Shown here piece after piece: positions 38,950 through 48,553 of a stretch of DNA of 64,000 nucleotides. The position numbers were made by a program, and so were the translations under genes. The notes under the pieces are model-generated. The model saw nothing but the letters and a program-made list of their open reading frames with translations. It made no database searches and was not told the DNA's origin. The first letter of the stretch is position 1. Each line of letters opens with the position of its first letter. This DNA comes from Acidobacteriota bacterium (GTDB lineage: Bacteria > Acidobacteriota > UBA890 > WLXD01), in assembly GCA_965248695.1 (NCBI GenBank), contig CBDFKD010000002.1:5161691-5225690 (forward strand), read 5' to 3'.

Positions 38950-39341
38950 TGGCCTTTCTGCAGGAGGTGAAGAGCTACTTGGTCACCGAGAGCATCACGG
39001 ATCCGATCTATAGGGGAACGATGCCGGCGACGCCGGATACGGCGGTGGCGCTGTACCAGTACCCCGGGGAGGCGCCGTCGCGGGGGTTCGGGGTCACCGG
39101 CGGGGTGGCCTACGAGCGGCCGCGGCTGCAAGTCGTGGTGCGCGGTGCACCGCACGACCACGACACGCCGCTGGCCACCGCCACGAGTATCCGTGACGCG
39201 CTGGTGAAGGTTCAGGGCACCGAGCTGTCCGGAACGCTGTACCACTGGATCAGCCCTCTACAAGACCCGGGACTGTTCAAGCGCGACGAAAAAGAGCGCG
39301 TCTTGATCGTCTTTAACTGCCGCACGGAGAAGCACCGATGA
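38949..39341 (+). CDS. Tail terminator / tail completion protein
   Basis: Called from position and size (130 aa). Confidence 0.4.
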   Translation: MAFLQEVKSYLVTESITDPIYRGTMPATPDTAVALYQYPGEAPSRGFGVTGGVAYERPRLQVVVRGAPHDHDTPLATATSIRDALVKVQGTELSGTLYHWISPLQDPGLFKRDEKERVLIVFNCRTEKHR

Positions 39342-39526
39342 CCGAAGCGGGGCCTGAAACAGATGCTCACAGCAGTCGGCTCGTGGATGCTCGCGGCAAC
39401 GCGATCCCCACTCATTTAGATGATGGATCGTGCCCGCAATGCGGGGCCTCGGAGGACAGGCAGCAGAAAGCCTTCGGAGGTACGAGCTGGTGTTTGAAGT
39501 GCGGGCATAACTACAGGAGCGACTGA
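39338..39526 (+). CDS. Small zinc-ribbon protein
   Basis: CPQC...CLKC pairs. Confidence 0.4.
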   Translation: MTEAGPETDAHSSRLVDARGNAIPTHLDDGSCPQCGASEDRQQKAFGGTSWCLKCGHNYRSD

Positions 39527-39530
39527 TCTC

Positions 39531-39797
39531 ATGGCTACCCAAAAGCTGCGCGTGACGAACCGTCGCGGCGCCATCACGTATCCCATCGATCCGAAGGCCG
39601 TGCAGGCGATCGCTAAGGCGGGTGGGCTATCGCGCATGGGCGCCAAACAGCGCGCCGGGATCGAGCTTAGGACCGTCGAGGCTGGGGGCGACTGCTCCGA
39701 TATGCCCAAGAAGCTGCAACAGGTTCAGATCCAGTCCGGCAACGTCGAGATCGTCACGCCGCGCTTCAAGGCGAAGTCTCAACGGGGAGGTAAGTAA
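39531..39797 (+). CDS. Hypothetical phage protein
   Basis: ORF in the operon context only. Confidence 0.3.
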   Translation: MATQKLRVTNRRGAITYPIDPKAVQAIAKAGGLSRMGAKQRAGIELRTVEAGGDCSDMPKKLQQVQIQSGNVEIVTPRFKAKSQRGGK

Positions 39798-40534
39798 TGG
39801 CACGCCACGGTCCCGCCGATGTGTTCCTTACGGTGGATGGCTACGACCTGACGGCCGCGAGTCCACAGCAGCTATCCGAAACGGTCACCGTCCCCACCGT
39901 GCGTACCGATGGGCTGGGAGATGGGTGGCAAAAGCACACGCCCATCGGTGTGCGCCAAGTGGAGCTGAGCATTGAGGGAGCGTTCTTTGATACCGGAGCC
40001 AACAACAGCCACGCGGCGCTAGGGGGCTCGGTGCCGAGCTCGGTGCAGGCGGTACCGCGCCTGCTCGTGTACGGCCCCTCCAGGGGCGTGGGGGATGCGT
40101 GCGTGGGTCTGTCGGGTCTGTATCAGCAGAGTTACCAGGTAATGATGTCGCAAGGCGATCTACACCGAGCCAACGCCACATACCTGGTGACCGGGCAGCG
40201 CGACGAGTGTGTGCTTTTGCAGCCGCTGGAAGCCAAAACGGCCGACTGGAATACCGAGAGCCAGACGCTGGACAACGGTGCCAGTTCGGCCAACGGCGCT
40301 GTGGGGTACCTCGTCGTGAACGCCGCTGCGGGCATCACGGGCTTGTCGGTCAAGATCCGCGACTCGGCCGATAACACAGTGTTCGCAGATCTCATTACGT
40401 TCACCAACAACGTCTCGGCTCCGTTCGCCGAACGCCTCGGTGCAACCGGCACGGTGGATCGCTACATCGCCGTGAGTGGCGCGCTGACGGGTACCGGCTC
40501 GATCACCTCACTGATCGCAATGTCTCGTTTGTAA
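39797..40534 (+). CDS. Major tail (tube) protein candidate
   Basis: Lies before the chaperone and tape measure genes. Shares the block G-W-x-HTP-G-x-R with the next gene. Confidence 0.45.
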   Translation: MARHGPADVFLTVDGYDLTAASPQQLSETVTVPTVRTDGLGDGWQKHTPIGVRQVELSIEGAFFDTGANNSHAALGGSVPSSVQAVPRLLVYGPSRGVGDACVGLSGLYQQSYQVMMSQGDLHRANATYLVTGQRDECVLLQPLEAKTADWNTESQTLDNGASSANGAVGYLVVNAAAGITGLSVKIRDSADNTVFADLITFTNNVSAPFAERLGATGTVDRYIAVSGALTGTGSITSLIAMSRL

Positions 40535-40576
40535 TCGACAACAACGGCCCGCAATGCGGGCGGGAGAAAGACAACG

Positions 40577-40999
40577 ATGCCTGGAAAGTACGGCTCCTCA
40601 TCGGTATCGGTGACCATCGAGGATGCTCCCGGTGGGACGGCCCGCGACATCTCCAACTACTTGCTCGAAGGGGTCGATCCACAGATCGAGGCGGCGTTTG
40701 TGGAGACCACCACCTACGGGGATGCCTGGGGAGAGCACACGCCCACGGGCATGAGGATGGTGAACCAGCTCACCTTCAATCTGATCTGGGACACGAGCAC
40801 GAACGGCCCGCACGACATCTTCAAGGATGTCGATGATGGTCCCCAGGATGACGGCCGCGAGGTTGTCATTACGGCCGGTGACGGTAAGACCCTCACGGGC
40901 GATGTGCGGGTGGTGAGCTTCCAGGTGGTGATGAGTGCCGAGGACATCCACAAGGCGGTCGTGGTGCTGCAGCCGACCGGCGCGTGGACCTGGGCGTAA
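40577..40999 (+). CDS. Tail tube-like protein (paralogous fold)
   Basis: The GDAWGEHTPTGMRMV block is similar to GDGWQKHTPIGVRQV in the previous gene. Confidence 0.4.
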   Translation: MPGKYGSSSVSVTIEDAPGGTARDISNYLLEGVDPQIEAAFVETTTYGDAWGEHTPTGMRMVNQLTFNLIWDTSTNGPHDIFKDVDDGPQDDGREVVITAGDGKTLTGDVRVVSFQVVMSAEDIHKAVVVLQPTGAWTWA

Positions 41000-41028
41000 G
41001 AGCAGCCAAAGACAAAGGAGAAACGTAG

Positions 41029-41436
41029 ATGTTGGTGACAGGAGAGCCCGTACAGCGGGAGATTCCACACGAGCCGGGGCAGCACTTTCTACTCAACCGG
41101 CTCTCGTGGAAGCAGCTGCGCAAAGCGCGCAGCCTGCAGGAGGATTATTCCCGCGAGTCCGCTAAGGCTTGGGGAGCGGAGTTCCTTGAGGTGCTTTCGA
41201 AGGGTGGCGACAGAGCCGAGGGGGAGATTCGCAAGGTGCTCCAAGAGCAGCGCTATCAGGCGGCCAACTACGACACGGGCTATCTGATCGACATGGGCGT
41301 GGCGGCCTGGTCCTACGATGCCTCCTGCGACTCCGAGAACAAGGCGGCGCTGGATGAGCGCACCACACAGTGGGCCGCTCAGGAAATCATCGATCTGACC
41401 ATGCCTCCGTCAGAGGCTCAGGAGGGGGAAGCCTAG
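41029..41436 (+). CDS. Tail assembly chaperone (G-like)
   Basis: Lies immediately upstream of the tape measure gene, with an overlapping -1 frame ORF. Confidence 0.5.
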   Translation: MLVTGEPVQREIPHEPGQHFLLNRLSWKQLRKARSLQEDYSRESAKAWGAEFLEVLSKGGDRAEGEIRKVLQEQRYQAANYDTGYLIDMGVAAWSYDASCDSENKAALDERTTQWAAQEIIDLTMPPSEAQEGEA

Positions 41437-41801
41437 TCCGGCTGTATCGCCACTTCGAGGGTATTGGTGATGAGCCGGTGCCCGAGGCGTGGTTCATCAG
41501 TCGGCTATGTGAGGAGTTTGGATGCACGCCACTGCAGGTGGTGGAGGATCTCGAAAACGACCCGGAGCGCTGGATGCTGCGCATCCTGCCGCTGCGGGCT
41601 TTGGCGCGCGCGTACCAAAGCTACAAGGCGGCTCAATCCAAGAAAGAACTTGGCAAGGCCATCCATCAAGACCCGTGGGTGCGGCGGGTCGTCGAGATCG
41701 ACTTTGCCGAGAAGCGACGGCAGATAGAAGCCAACAAGCAAGGCGGCGACGAGGATGATTCCGATCGGGGTGCTCGAGGCGATCCTGCGGCTGCGGGATG
41801 A
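41370..41801 (+). CDS. Tail assembly chaperone extension (T-like ORF in the -1 frame)
   Basis: Overlaps the G-like ORF by 67 nt in the -1 frame. Ends 2 nt before an in-frame ATG of the tape measure gene. Confidence 0.4.
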   Translation: MGRSGNHRSDHASVRGSGGGSLVRLYRHFEGIGDEPVPEAWFISRLCEEFGCTPLQVVEDLENDPERWMLRILPLRALARAYQSYKAAQSKKELGKAIHQDPWVRRVVEIDFAEKRRQIEANKQGGDEDDSDRGARGDPAAAG

Positions 41802-44800
41802 GATGAGCCCGAAGCTGCAGGTCGCCGGCGAGCAGCTGCAGCAGACGGGCCGGTCCATGACCAGAGTCGGTGCCGGGCTGACGGCGGGGCTGACGTTGCC
41901 CATCGCTGGGGTTGGCATCGCGGCGATTAAGGCGGCGACCGACTTCAACAAGGGAATGGCCAACGTCGCCACGCTGATCCCCGGCAACACCGAGCGTGTC
42001 AAGGAGCTGAAGCGCTCGGTGCAGGACATGGCTGTAGCCACCGGCAAGAGCACGACCGACATCTCAGAAGGTCTGTATCAGGTCGTTTCCGCCTTCGGCG
42101 ATACCGCCGACACGGCGAAGATTCTCCAGACGAACGTCGAAGCCGCAGCAGCTGGCTTGGCCACCACGAGCGAGGCAATTGCGCTTACATCGGCCGTCAC
42201 CAAAGCCTACGGGGACACAAGCGCGGAGGCCGTACAGGCTGCTGCCGACATGGCGTTCGTGACCGTCAAGCTTGGCCAAACATCGTTTCCTGAGCTGGCT
42301 GCGTCTATCGGCAAGGTCGCGATCGGCGCCGCCGGCTTGAAGATCAGCCAGCAAGAACTGAACGCCGTGTTTGCCACGATGACAGGCGTAACCGGCGGCG
42401 CTGCGGAGGTGGCCACGCAGTTCCGCGGCGCGATGACCGGCCTGAAGAAACCGAGCGACGACATGATCGTCGCGCTCGACGAGATCGGTTTCTCAACAGA
42501 GGTGTACGGCGCTCGAGCAGGAGAGGCCGCAGTCGAGAGTCTCGGCTTTCAAGGCACGCTGGCAGCTCTAACGGAGGCCTCGGGCGGCAACGCAGCCGCG
42601 ATGGCGAAGCTGTTCGGGTCAACCGAGAGCTGGGACTTCATCGCCGGCCTCGCAGGCTCGCAGGCCGAGACGTTCGGCAGCAAGTTGGGCGAGTTGGCCG
42701 AGTTCTCTGGTGCGGCAACCGAAGCGCTCAACGAGCAACAACGCGGCGTCAACGAGGCCGGCTTCCATTGGGAGGTGCTGAAGCAGAAGGTGGTCGTGGC
42801 TGCGCAGAAGTTCGGAGACGAGCTCTTGCCGATCGTGATGCGCGTCGGGGAGAGTTTGCGACCGTTGTTGGACATGGTGCTCCGGGGCGCGGAATGGTTC
42901 GGCAAGCTGCCGGTGCCGGTGCAGACGGCAGGGGTGATGTTAGCGGGGCTGGCGGCGGCGGCGGGGCCGGTGCTGATCGTGCTCGGAACGATGGCCTCCT
43001 CGATTGGAACGCTACTGCCGCTGCTTACAGGAGCAGGTTTGGCGGGAGCGGCAAGCAGCGTCATTGCTGTCCTTACTGGCCCGGTGGGGTGGGTTCTGGC
43101 GATCGGCGCCGTGGTCAGTGCCCTCGGTTTTCTCGTGCTCAAGGTACAGGAATCGAATCGGATTCTCGAAGAACACAAGCGTCGGGCCGAAGAGATTTCG
43201 GAGGCGGCGCGCGACTACGAACGCGAGGCGCAGCTGCTTGCCGGCACCTTTCGCGGTGCTCTGAGTCAGGGGCTGGATGCGGCGCGTCAGGCGACCGATG
43301 AATATCTCGACTCGCTGGAACTTGGCGCCGAAGGTGTCGTGGAGCTTTCCAGTGGCCTGCGGCTGCTGCTGAACGACAACAAGCTAACGAGAGAGCAGTT
43401 CAATGAGCTGTCCGGTGCGCTCGCCGAGTACCGGCAGCGGTCCAAGGATGCTGCTTTACAGCTACCAATTTTGAGTGCGGAACAGGATCGAGCTAGGGAG
43501 GCGGCAAGGCTTCTCGCAGAGGCGCTGGAGGGCTTCACGCTTGCCGAAGATGTTGCCAAGGATATCGACAAGCTGCGCCTAGCGGTCGAGTCCGCTGAAG
43601 CGCCGACCGTGCAGTTGGAGGCCGCTTGGAAGGACCTGGTAGCAAAGATGCAAGAGGCCGGATTGGAGATACCGGTCTCCATGAGCGCCATCGCCGACAG
43701 CCTCAATATCGTCGAGCGGAGCTTCGAGCGCGCCCGCGAGGAACAGGAAAAGCGATGGGACACAGCCAACCTCAAAGCGCTGAATGATGGATTCGACCAG
43801 CTCCAAACCGAGCTGCTTGAAGCCGAAAAAGCTGCGCTCCAAGCCGGGGAAGCGCTGAAGAATTTTGTTATCCAGCCGCCGGACCCGAGCACCATCCCAC
43901 AAATCGATGCTGTCACCCTGGCGGCCGAGAGGCTCGGGCTTAAGGCGGTCAACGTCGAGGAGCTGAATAAGAGCTTTGCTGACCTGCAAGCCGTCGTTGC
44001 AGCTGGGGGCTTCGCCCCATCGGATCTGAAGCGCATCTACGACGATCTGTACCGGACGTTCCAACAGCTGGGGCCATTGACCGACGAGCAGGCCGCTGCA
44101 TTTGAACGGCTCCGCGGGCAGATCGAGCAACAACCAAACCTGTCGTTTTTCGGCAAGATCGGCGATTCGCTCAAGTCCGTCTTTGGCAAGCTGGCAGAGC
44201 TGGGCTCGGTGTTCACCAACGCACTCGGGACGCTGTTCACGGATGGCTTAAGCGGCGCTCTAGGAGCTCTCCAAACCGGCCTGTCGCAGCTGCTGTCCAA
44301 GGCGTTCAACAGCGTCATTCCGGGGTTGGGTACCTTGGCGGCACCGCTGATCTCGGCGATCGAGAACCTGCTCTCCGGCATGTTCGGCAAGGCCCACGCG
44401 GCCGATCACGTAGCCGAGCAGTTTGGCATCGCCCTGTCCGACGGGCTCGCCAAGGCCATCGACGACCTCGCCGCCAGTCAGTTCCAAGGCAACTTCGATG
44501 CGGCTTTCCGCTCGATGATGGCGCAGGCGATCCAAGAGGCTTCGATCACCACAGAGGCGGAGCTATCCAAGTGGGTCACGCTGACCCATCAGATCCTCTC
44601 GTCTGTGGACGAGGGGTTCATGAGCCTGCAGCAGGCCGTCGAGTCGATGTCGGACTCCTGGTTGGCTCTGGTGCCCGCGATGGAGGCGACGGGAGCGTCG
44701 GCGATGGGCCTGCAGGCGCAGATATCGGATCTGATATCTCGGGGCGTTGACCTGGACACGCTCGCCACACAGCTGCAGCCTGTGATCTCGGCGATGTTCG

Positions 44801-46611
44801 ATTCCGGCATCTCCGGAGCGCAAGAGCTCGTGGACTGGCTCAACACCATGGGTGTGGAGATCGACGGCGTTGCCACGAGCGCCGAGGCCGCCGTCGCCGC
44901 CATCGAGGCCGCGTTCGGTGCCGGTGACTTCAGCGCCATGAGTACCGCGATCCGCGACGCGATCGCGGCGGGTGTTGATCTGTCGAGTCTACAAGGGCTG
45001 CTGACGGACGTGATGGCCCAGTACAAGGACCTGGTACTGGGAGCCTCCCAGGAAGTTGTCGCCGGGGTGGAGGCGCTGTTTGCCACCGTACGGCGAGAAG
45101 TCGAGGTGCTGGCCGAGGACGGCTCTACCCAGACCATCGAGCAGCTGCGGCTCACCAAGCGGGAGGCGGAGTTTGCCGCCTCGGCCCTGCTGGTCACCTT
45201 CGAGCAGATGCGTGCCGCTGGCGTGCCGCTCACAGAGATCTTCGAGGCCATGGGAGATCAGATCACCCAGTTGGCTGACAACTTCAAAGGCGCACTGCCC
45301 CCGGTGCTCGCCGAGGTGGACGCGCTGTTTTCGGCCATGCAGGGGAGCGCCGCCAAGGCGATCGAGAAGGTTGACGCCATCGGCGGCTCTATCGGCGCGC
45401 TGGGGGAAATGGGCCTGCTGAGCGCCGGGCAGCTGGATTTCTTTGGCGACAAGATCGACCGCGCCTACGCCAAGCTCATCGAAGGCGGTGCGGGCTCGGA
45501 GCAAGCGATGGCGCTGCTTGGGCCGCAGCTGCGGCAGCTGATTGACCTGTCCGAGCAATACGGTTTCAAGATCGACCGCAACACCCGGGCGCTGATCGAT
45601 CAGGCTGATGCGTCGGGTCTGCTTCCGCCAGCGATCGAGCCGGTCGAGGATATCTTCGGCGACATCCGCTCGGTGATCATCCTGTTGGCTGAGTCGCTCG
45701 GTGTGCAGGTACCGGCAGCGATCAAGCAGGCAGCAGATGCGGCGCAAGAGGCTGAGAACCGGATCAAGAGCCCCTTCAAGCGCGCCTTCATGGAGATGGC
45801 CGCGGATGCCGGCTGGGCAGCGCGAGAGACGCGCGGGGTATGGAGACAGCTGTCGCCGGATCTGCGGCGCGTGTTCGAGGAGGGTGGTGAAGTTGGCCGC
45901 GCCCAGTTCAAACAAATCGCCATGGCCGCCGGGCTGAGCGCGGCACAGGTGCGGCAGCTGTGGGGCTCGGACATGCGCACCGTCGAAGACATCTTCGGCC
46001 ACGCCGGAACGACCGGCGAGGAGGAAAACGTCAAGGTGGGCGAGGCGGCCGAGCGCGAGGCGAAGCGGTCGGCGCGCGAGATGCGCATCGCATTCATCGA
46101 CCGGGTCATCCCGGCGCTGCGCCGCATCGGACAGGTCGGTGAGATTGAGGCGAAGCGGCTGGGGGACGCGTTCGTGGGGGCGGCAAAGGACTCTGCGGCC
46201 GAGTGGGAAGCGACGCAGCGAGCCACCGTCGGTAACTCTTCGATTCTGGATATCTCACGACGCGGCATCGAAGCGGCCGAGGTGCTCGGTGGTAGTCAGG
46301 TCGAAGCGGCCATGCGTGCCGCGCACACCTGGAGCCTCGCCTCGGACACGATTGCCCGGTCGATGAACCGTACGGAATCAGCGGTTTCCGCGATTCCCTC
46401 GTCGGTGTCCGTGTCGGTGGGCACGGGGCCAAGGGATTCGATTCCCGCACCGGTCGCGGCTGCATCGGCCCCCGCACCATCCAGGCGCCCCGACGAGACG
46501 TTATTGCGCGAACTGCTCCATGAGCTCCGTGCGCTCCGGCAGGACCAGCGCACCTACTTGCCGGACGCGCTGCGCACCGCTGCCCGGCACGGGAAGCAGA
46601 CGAGCAGCTGA
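41755..46611 (+). CDS. Tape measure protein
   Basis: 1618 aa. Ala/Gly/Leu-rich helical protein with a central TM-like stretch, in the canonical position. Confidence 0.85.
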   Translation: MIPIGVLEAILRLRDEMSPKLQVAGEQLQQTGRSMTRVGAGLTAGLTLPIAGVGIAAIKAATDFNKGMANVATLIPGNTERVKELKRSVQDMAVATGKSTTDISEGLYQVVSAFGDTADTAKILQTNVEAAAAGLATTSEAIALTSAVTKAYGDTSAEAVQAAADMAFVTVKLGQTSFPELAASIGKVAIGAAGLKISQQELNAVFATMTGVTGGAAEVATQFRGAMTGLKKPSDDMIVALDEIGFSTEVYGARAGEAAVESLGFQGTLAALTEASGGNAAAMAKLFGSTESWDFIAGLAGSQAETFGSKLGELAEFSGAATEALNEQQRGVNEAGFHWEVLKQKVVVAAQKFGDELLPIVMRVGESLRPLLDMVLRGAEWFGKLPVPVQTAGVMLAGLAAAAGPVLIVLGTMASSIGTLLPLLTGAGLAGAASSVIAVLTGPVGWVLAIGAVVSALGFLVLKVQESNRILEEHKRRAEEISEAARDYEREAQLLAGTFRGALSQGLDAARQATDEYLDSLELGAEGVVELSSGLRLLLNDNKLTREQFNELSGALAEYRQRSKDAALQLPILSAEQDRAREAARLLAEALEGFTLAEDVAKDIDKLRLAVESAEAPTVQLEAAWKDLVAKMQEAGLEIPVSMSAIADSLNIVERSFERAREEQEKRWDTANLKALNDGFDQLQTELLEAEKAALQAGEALKNFVIQPPDPSTIPQIDAVTLAAERLGLKAVNVEELNKSFADLQAVVAAGGFAPSDLKRIYDDLYRTFQQLGPLTDEQAAAFERLRGQIEQQPNLSFFGKIGDSLKSVFGKLAELGSVFTNALGTLFTDGLSGALGALQTGLSQLLSKAFNSVIPGLGTLAAPLISAIENLLSGMFGKAHAADHVAEQFGIALSDGLAKAIDDLAASQFQGNFDAAFRSMMAQAIQEASITTEAELSKWVTLTHQILSSVDEGFMSLQQAVESMSDSWLALVPAMEATGASAMGLQAQISDLISRGVDLDTLATQLQPVISAMFDSGISGAQELVDWLNTMGVEIDGVATSAEAAVAAIEAAFGAGDFSAMSTAIRDAIAAGVDLSSLQGLLTDVMAQYKDLVLGASQEVVAGVEALFATVRREVEVLAEDGSTQTIEQLRLTKREAEFAASALLVTFEQMRAAGVPLTEIFEAMGDQITQLADNFKGALPPVLAEVDALFSAMQGSAAKAIEKVDAIGGSIGALGEMGLLSAGQLDFFGDKIDRAYAKLIEGGAGSEQAMALLGPQLRQLIDLSEQYGFKIDRNTRALIDQADASGLLPPAIEPVEDIFGDIRSVIILLAESLGVQVPAAIKQAADAAQEAENRIKSPFKRAFMEMAADAGWAARETRGVWRQLSPDLRRVFEEGGEVGRAQFKQIAMAAGLSAAQVRQLWGSDMRTVEDIFGHAGTTGEEENVKVGEAAEREAKRSAREMRIAFIDRVIPALRRIGQVGEIEAKRLGDAFVGAAKDSAAEWEATQRATVGNSSILDISRRGIEAAEVLGGSQVEAAMRAAHTWSLASDTIARSMNRTESAVSAIPSSVSVSVGTGPRDSIPAPVAAASAPAPSRRPDETLLRELLHELRALRQDQRTYLPDALRTAARHGKQTSS

Positions 46612-48158
46612 TGGCGGAGGTGGCGATGGAGTTTTACCTGTCAGGATCCTGGAGGGACGTGAGCGTCGACGTGCTCGCTGCCCACCCGATCAGCTGGCAG
46701 CGCGGCATTCCCGGCTCCGGGCCGCAAGATCTGATCGGGCAGCCGGGTCGCATGAACTGGGTGATGAACAACGGCAACAACTCCGGCGGTGTTGCCGGCT
46801 ACTACTCACCCGGGCACGCCAGCGTGCGGACCGGGTTCAAGCACGGTATGCGTGTACGGCTGACGATCGATGCAGGCAACGACTCCGCCGGCAACAACGT
46901 CAGCCGCACCGTGTTCGCCGGCAAGCTCAAGGAGGCCAACCCGATACCGGGCGCCTACACGGTGCACGAAACACACTGCATCGCCTGTGACTGGCTGGAG
47001 GACCTGGCGGATCTGAAGGACGTGCGCCTGAGCCTACGGGAAAACGTTCGCTCCGATCAGTTAATCGATGACCTCGTGGCGCTAGTGGCCATGGCGCCGA
47101 CCAGCAAGAGCCTCGATGTGGGCATCGACACCTACACGTTCGCCTTTGACGATCTCGGGGACAAAGATCCCAGCCCGATGTCGCTGGCGCACGCCATCTG
47201 CATGAGCGAACGGGGCTACCTGTATGTGCGGGGTAACACGACCGATGGCGAGACGCTGCGGTTCGAAAACCGTCACGCGCGCGCCACCAAGAGCCTGGAT
47301 TTGACGCTCACCGCCTCGCAGGTGCGCGACATCCGCGTGCCTTCGGCCATGGATCGGATCTACAACCACGTCGAAGCGACGGCCCACCCGCGCAACAAGG
47401 GCAGCACCATCATCGTGCTCGTGAGCCTGGATGAAGAGATCGAACTCCGATCTGGACAGACCGTTGAACTGTTCGTCGCCTACACCGATCCGAACAACAA
47501 GGACGCCCGTATAGGTGGCGCCAACATGGTCGCACCGGTATCGGGTACTGATTACACGGCCCGTGACGCCGCCAACGGTGGGGGGAGTCTCATCACCTCC
47601 CAGTTTGACCTATCCGACACGGAGTTTCAGGGCTCCGGGTGCAATATCGTGGCCACCAATAACGCCGACAAAACAGGCTACCTGCGAGGCCCCGGCACCA
47701 GCCCAGGCATGCAGATACGGGGCAAGCCGCTGTATCGGTACTCGCCCGTATCGCAGCGCGGCAAAGGCTCCACCGACAGCATCACCGACTACGGAGAGCG
47801 GTGGTTGCGCATCGACATGCCCTACCAGGACAACGTTCTGGTGGCGCAAGACGTAGCGAACTTCACCGCCAACGTCTATGACGGGATCCTCAACACGCCG
47901 ACCGAAGTGTCACCAATGACCGAGAGGCCTGCTCTGTTGGTGTCCTGTCTGCCGGTGGATATTGGCTCGCGCATCAAGGTGACCGAGGCGCAGTCCGGGG
48001 TGGATGGCGCGGAGGTGTTCATCAACGGCGTCCGCGGTCGGGTGCTCAACAAGACGGTGAGCTTGGAGTGGATTGTGGCCCCGGCTGATACGACCGCCGT
48101 GTTCATTCTGGATGATCCGGTGGCCGGGATCCTGGACGCCAACGCACTGGGGTACTGA
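46611..48158 (+). CDS. Distal tail / minor tail protein
   Basis: First gene after the tape measure (TGATG overlap). 515 aa. Confidence 0.5.
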   Translation: MAEVAMEFYLSGSWRDVSVDVLAAHPISWQRGIPGSGPQDLIGQPGRMNWVMNNGNNSGGVAGYYSPGHASVRTGFKHGMRVRLTIDAGNDSAGNNVSRTVFAGKLKEANPIPGAYTVHETHCIACDWLEDLADLKDVRLSLRENVRSDQLIDDLVALVAMAPTSKSLDVGIDTYTFAFDDLGDKDPSPMSLAHAICMSERGYLYVRGNTTDGETLRFENRHARATKSLDLTLTASQVRDIRVPSAMDRIYNHVEATAHPRNKGSTIIVLVSLDEEIELRSGQTVELFVAYTDPNNKDARIGGANMVAPVSGTDYTARDAANGGGSLITSQFDLSDTEFQGSGCNIVATNNADKTGYLRGPGTSPGMQIRGKPLYRYSPVSQRGKGSTDSITDYGERWLRIDMPYQDNVLVAQDVANFTANVYDGILNTPTEVSPMTERPALLVSCLPVDIGSRIKVTEAQSGVDGAEVFINGVRGRVLNKTVSLEWIVAPADTTAVFILDDPVAGILDANALGY

Positions 48159-48553
48159 TGATGCACCGCTACATACTGGGCATTCGGGACCAGCACTTGG
48201 TCGTTGACGAGACCAGGTTGCTTGCCAAGCTCGACCAACAGGTCGCCAAGTCACAGCGTCTGGGAGCGCGCATCCAGGTGCACCCGGAGGGCGAGGAGAT
48301 TGTGGCGTACTGCAACCACGGCCGCTGGGTGGCGGACTGCCCGTGCGGCGGGGGCGTGGCGGTGGAGCCGGAGTTTGACAAGGCAGCCTGCTTCGGGTGC
48401 GGGGCGGTGTACTCGTCAGTCCGGTTCCCTCGGCACCGTGACCAGATCGAGCGACAGCTGCTGAAGCGTCCCCGGATGGACAACCGCAACTGGGAGCCGG
48501 GCGAGACGGTACGGCAGCTGCGTCGGGACAACCGCAGCCGGGGGATCAGGTAG
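48158..48553 (+). CDS. Small Cys-rich tail-module protein
   Basis: CPCGGG...CFGCG motifs. Confidence 0.35.
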   Translation: MMHRYILGIRDQHLVVDETRLLAKLDQQVAKSQRLGARIQVHPEGEEIVAYCNHGRWVADCPCGGGVAVEPEFDKAACFGCGAVYSSVRFPRHRDQIERQLLKRPRMDNRNWEPGETVRQLRRDNRSRGIR

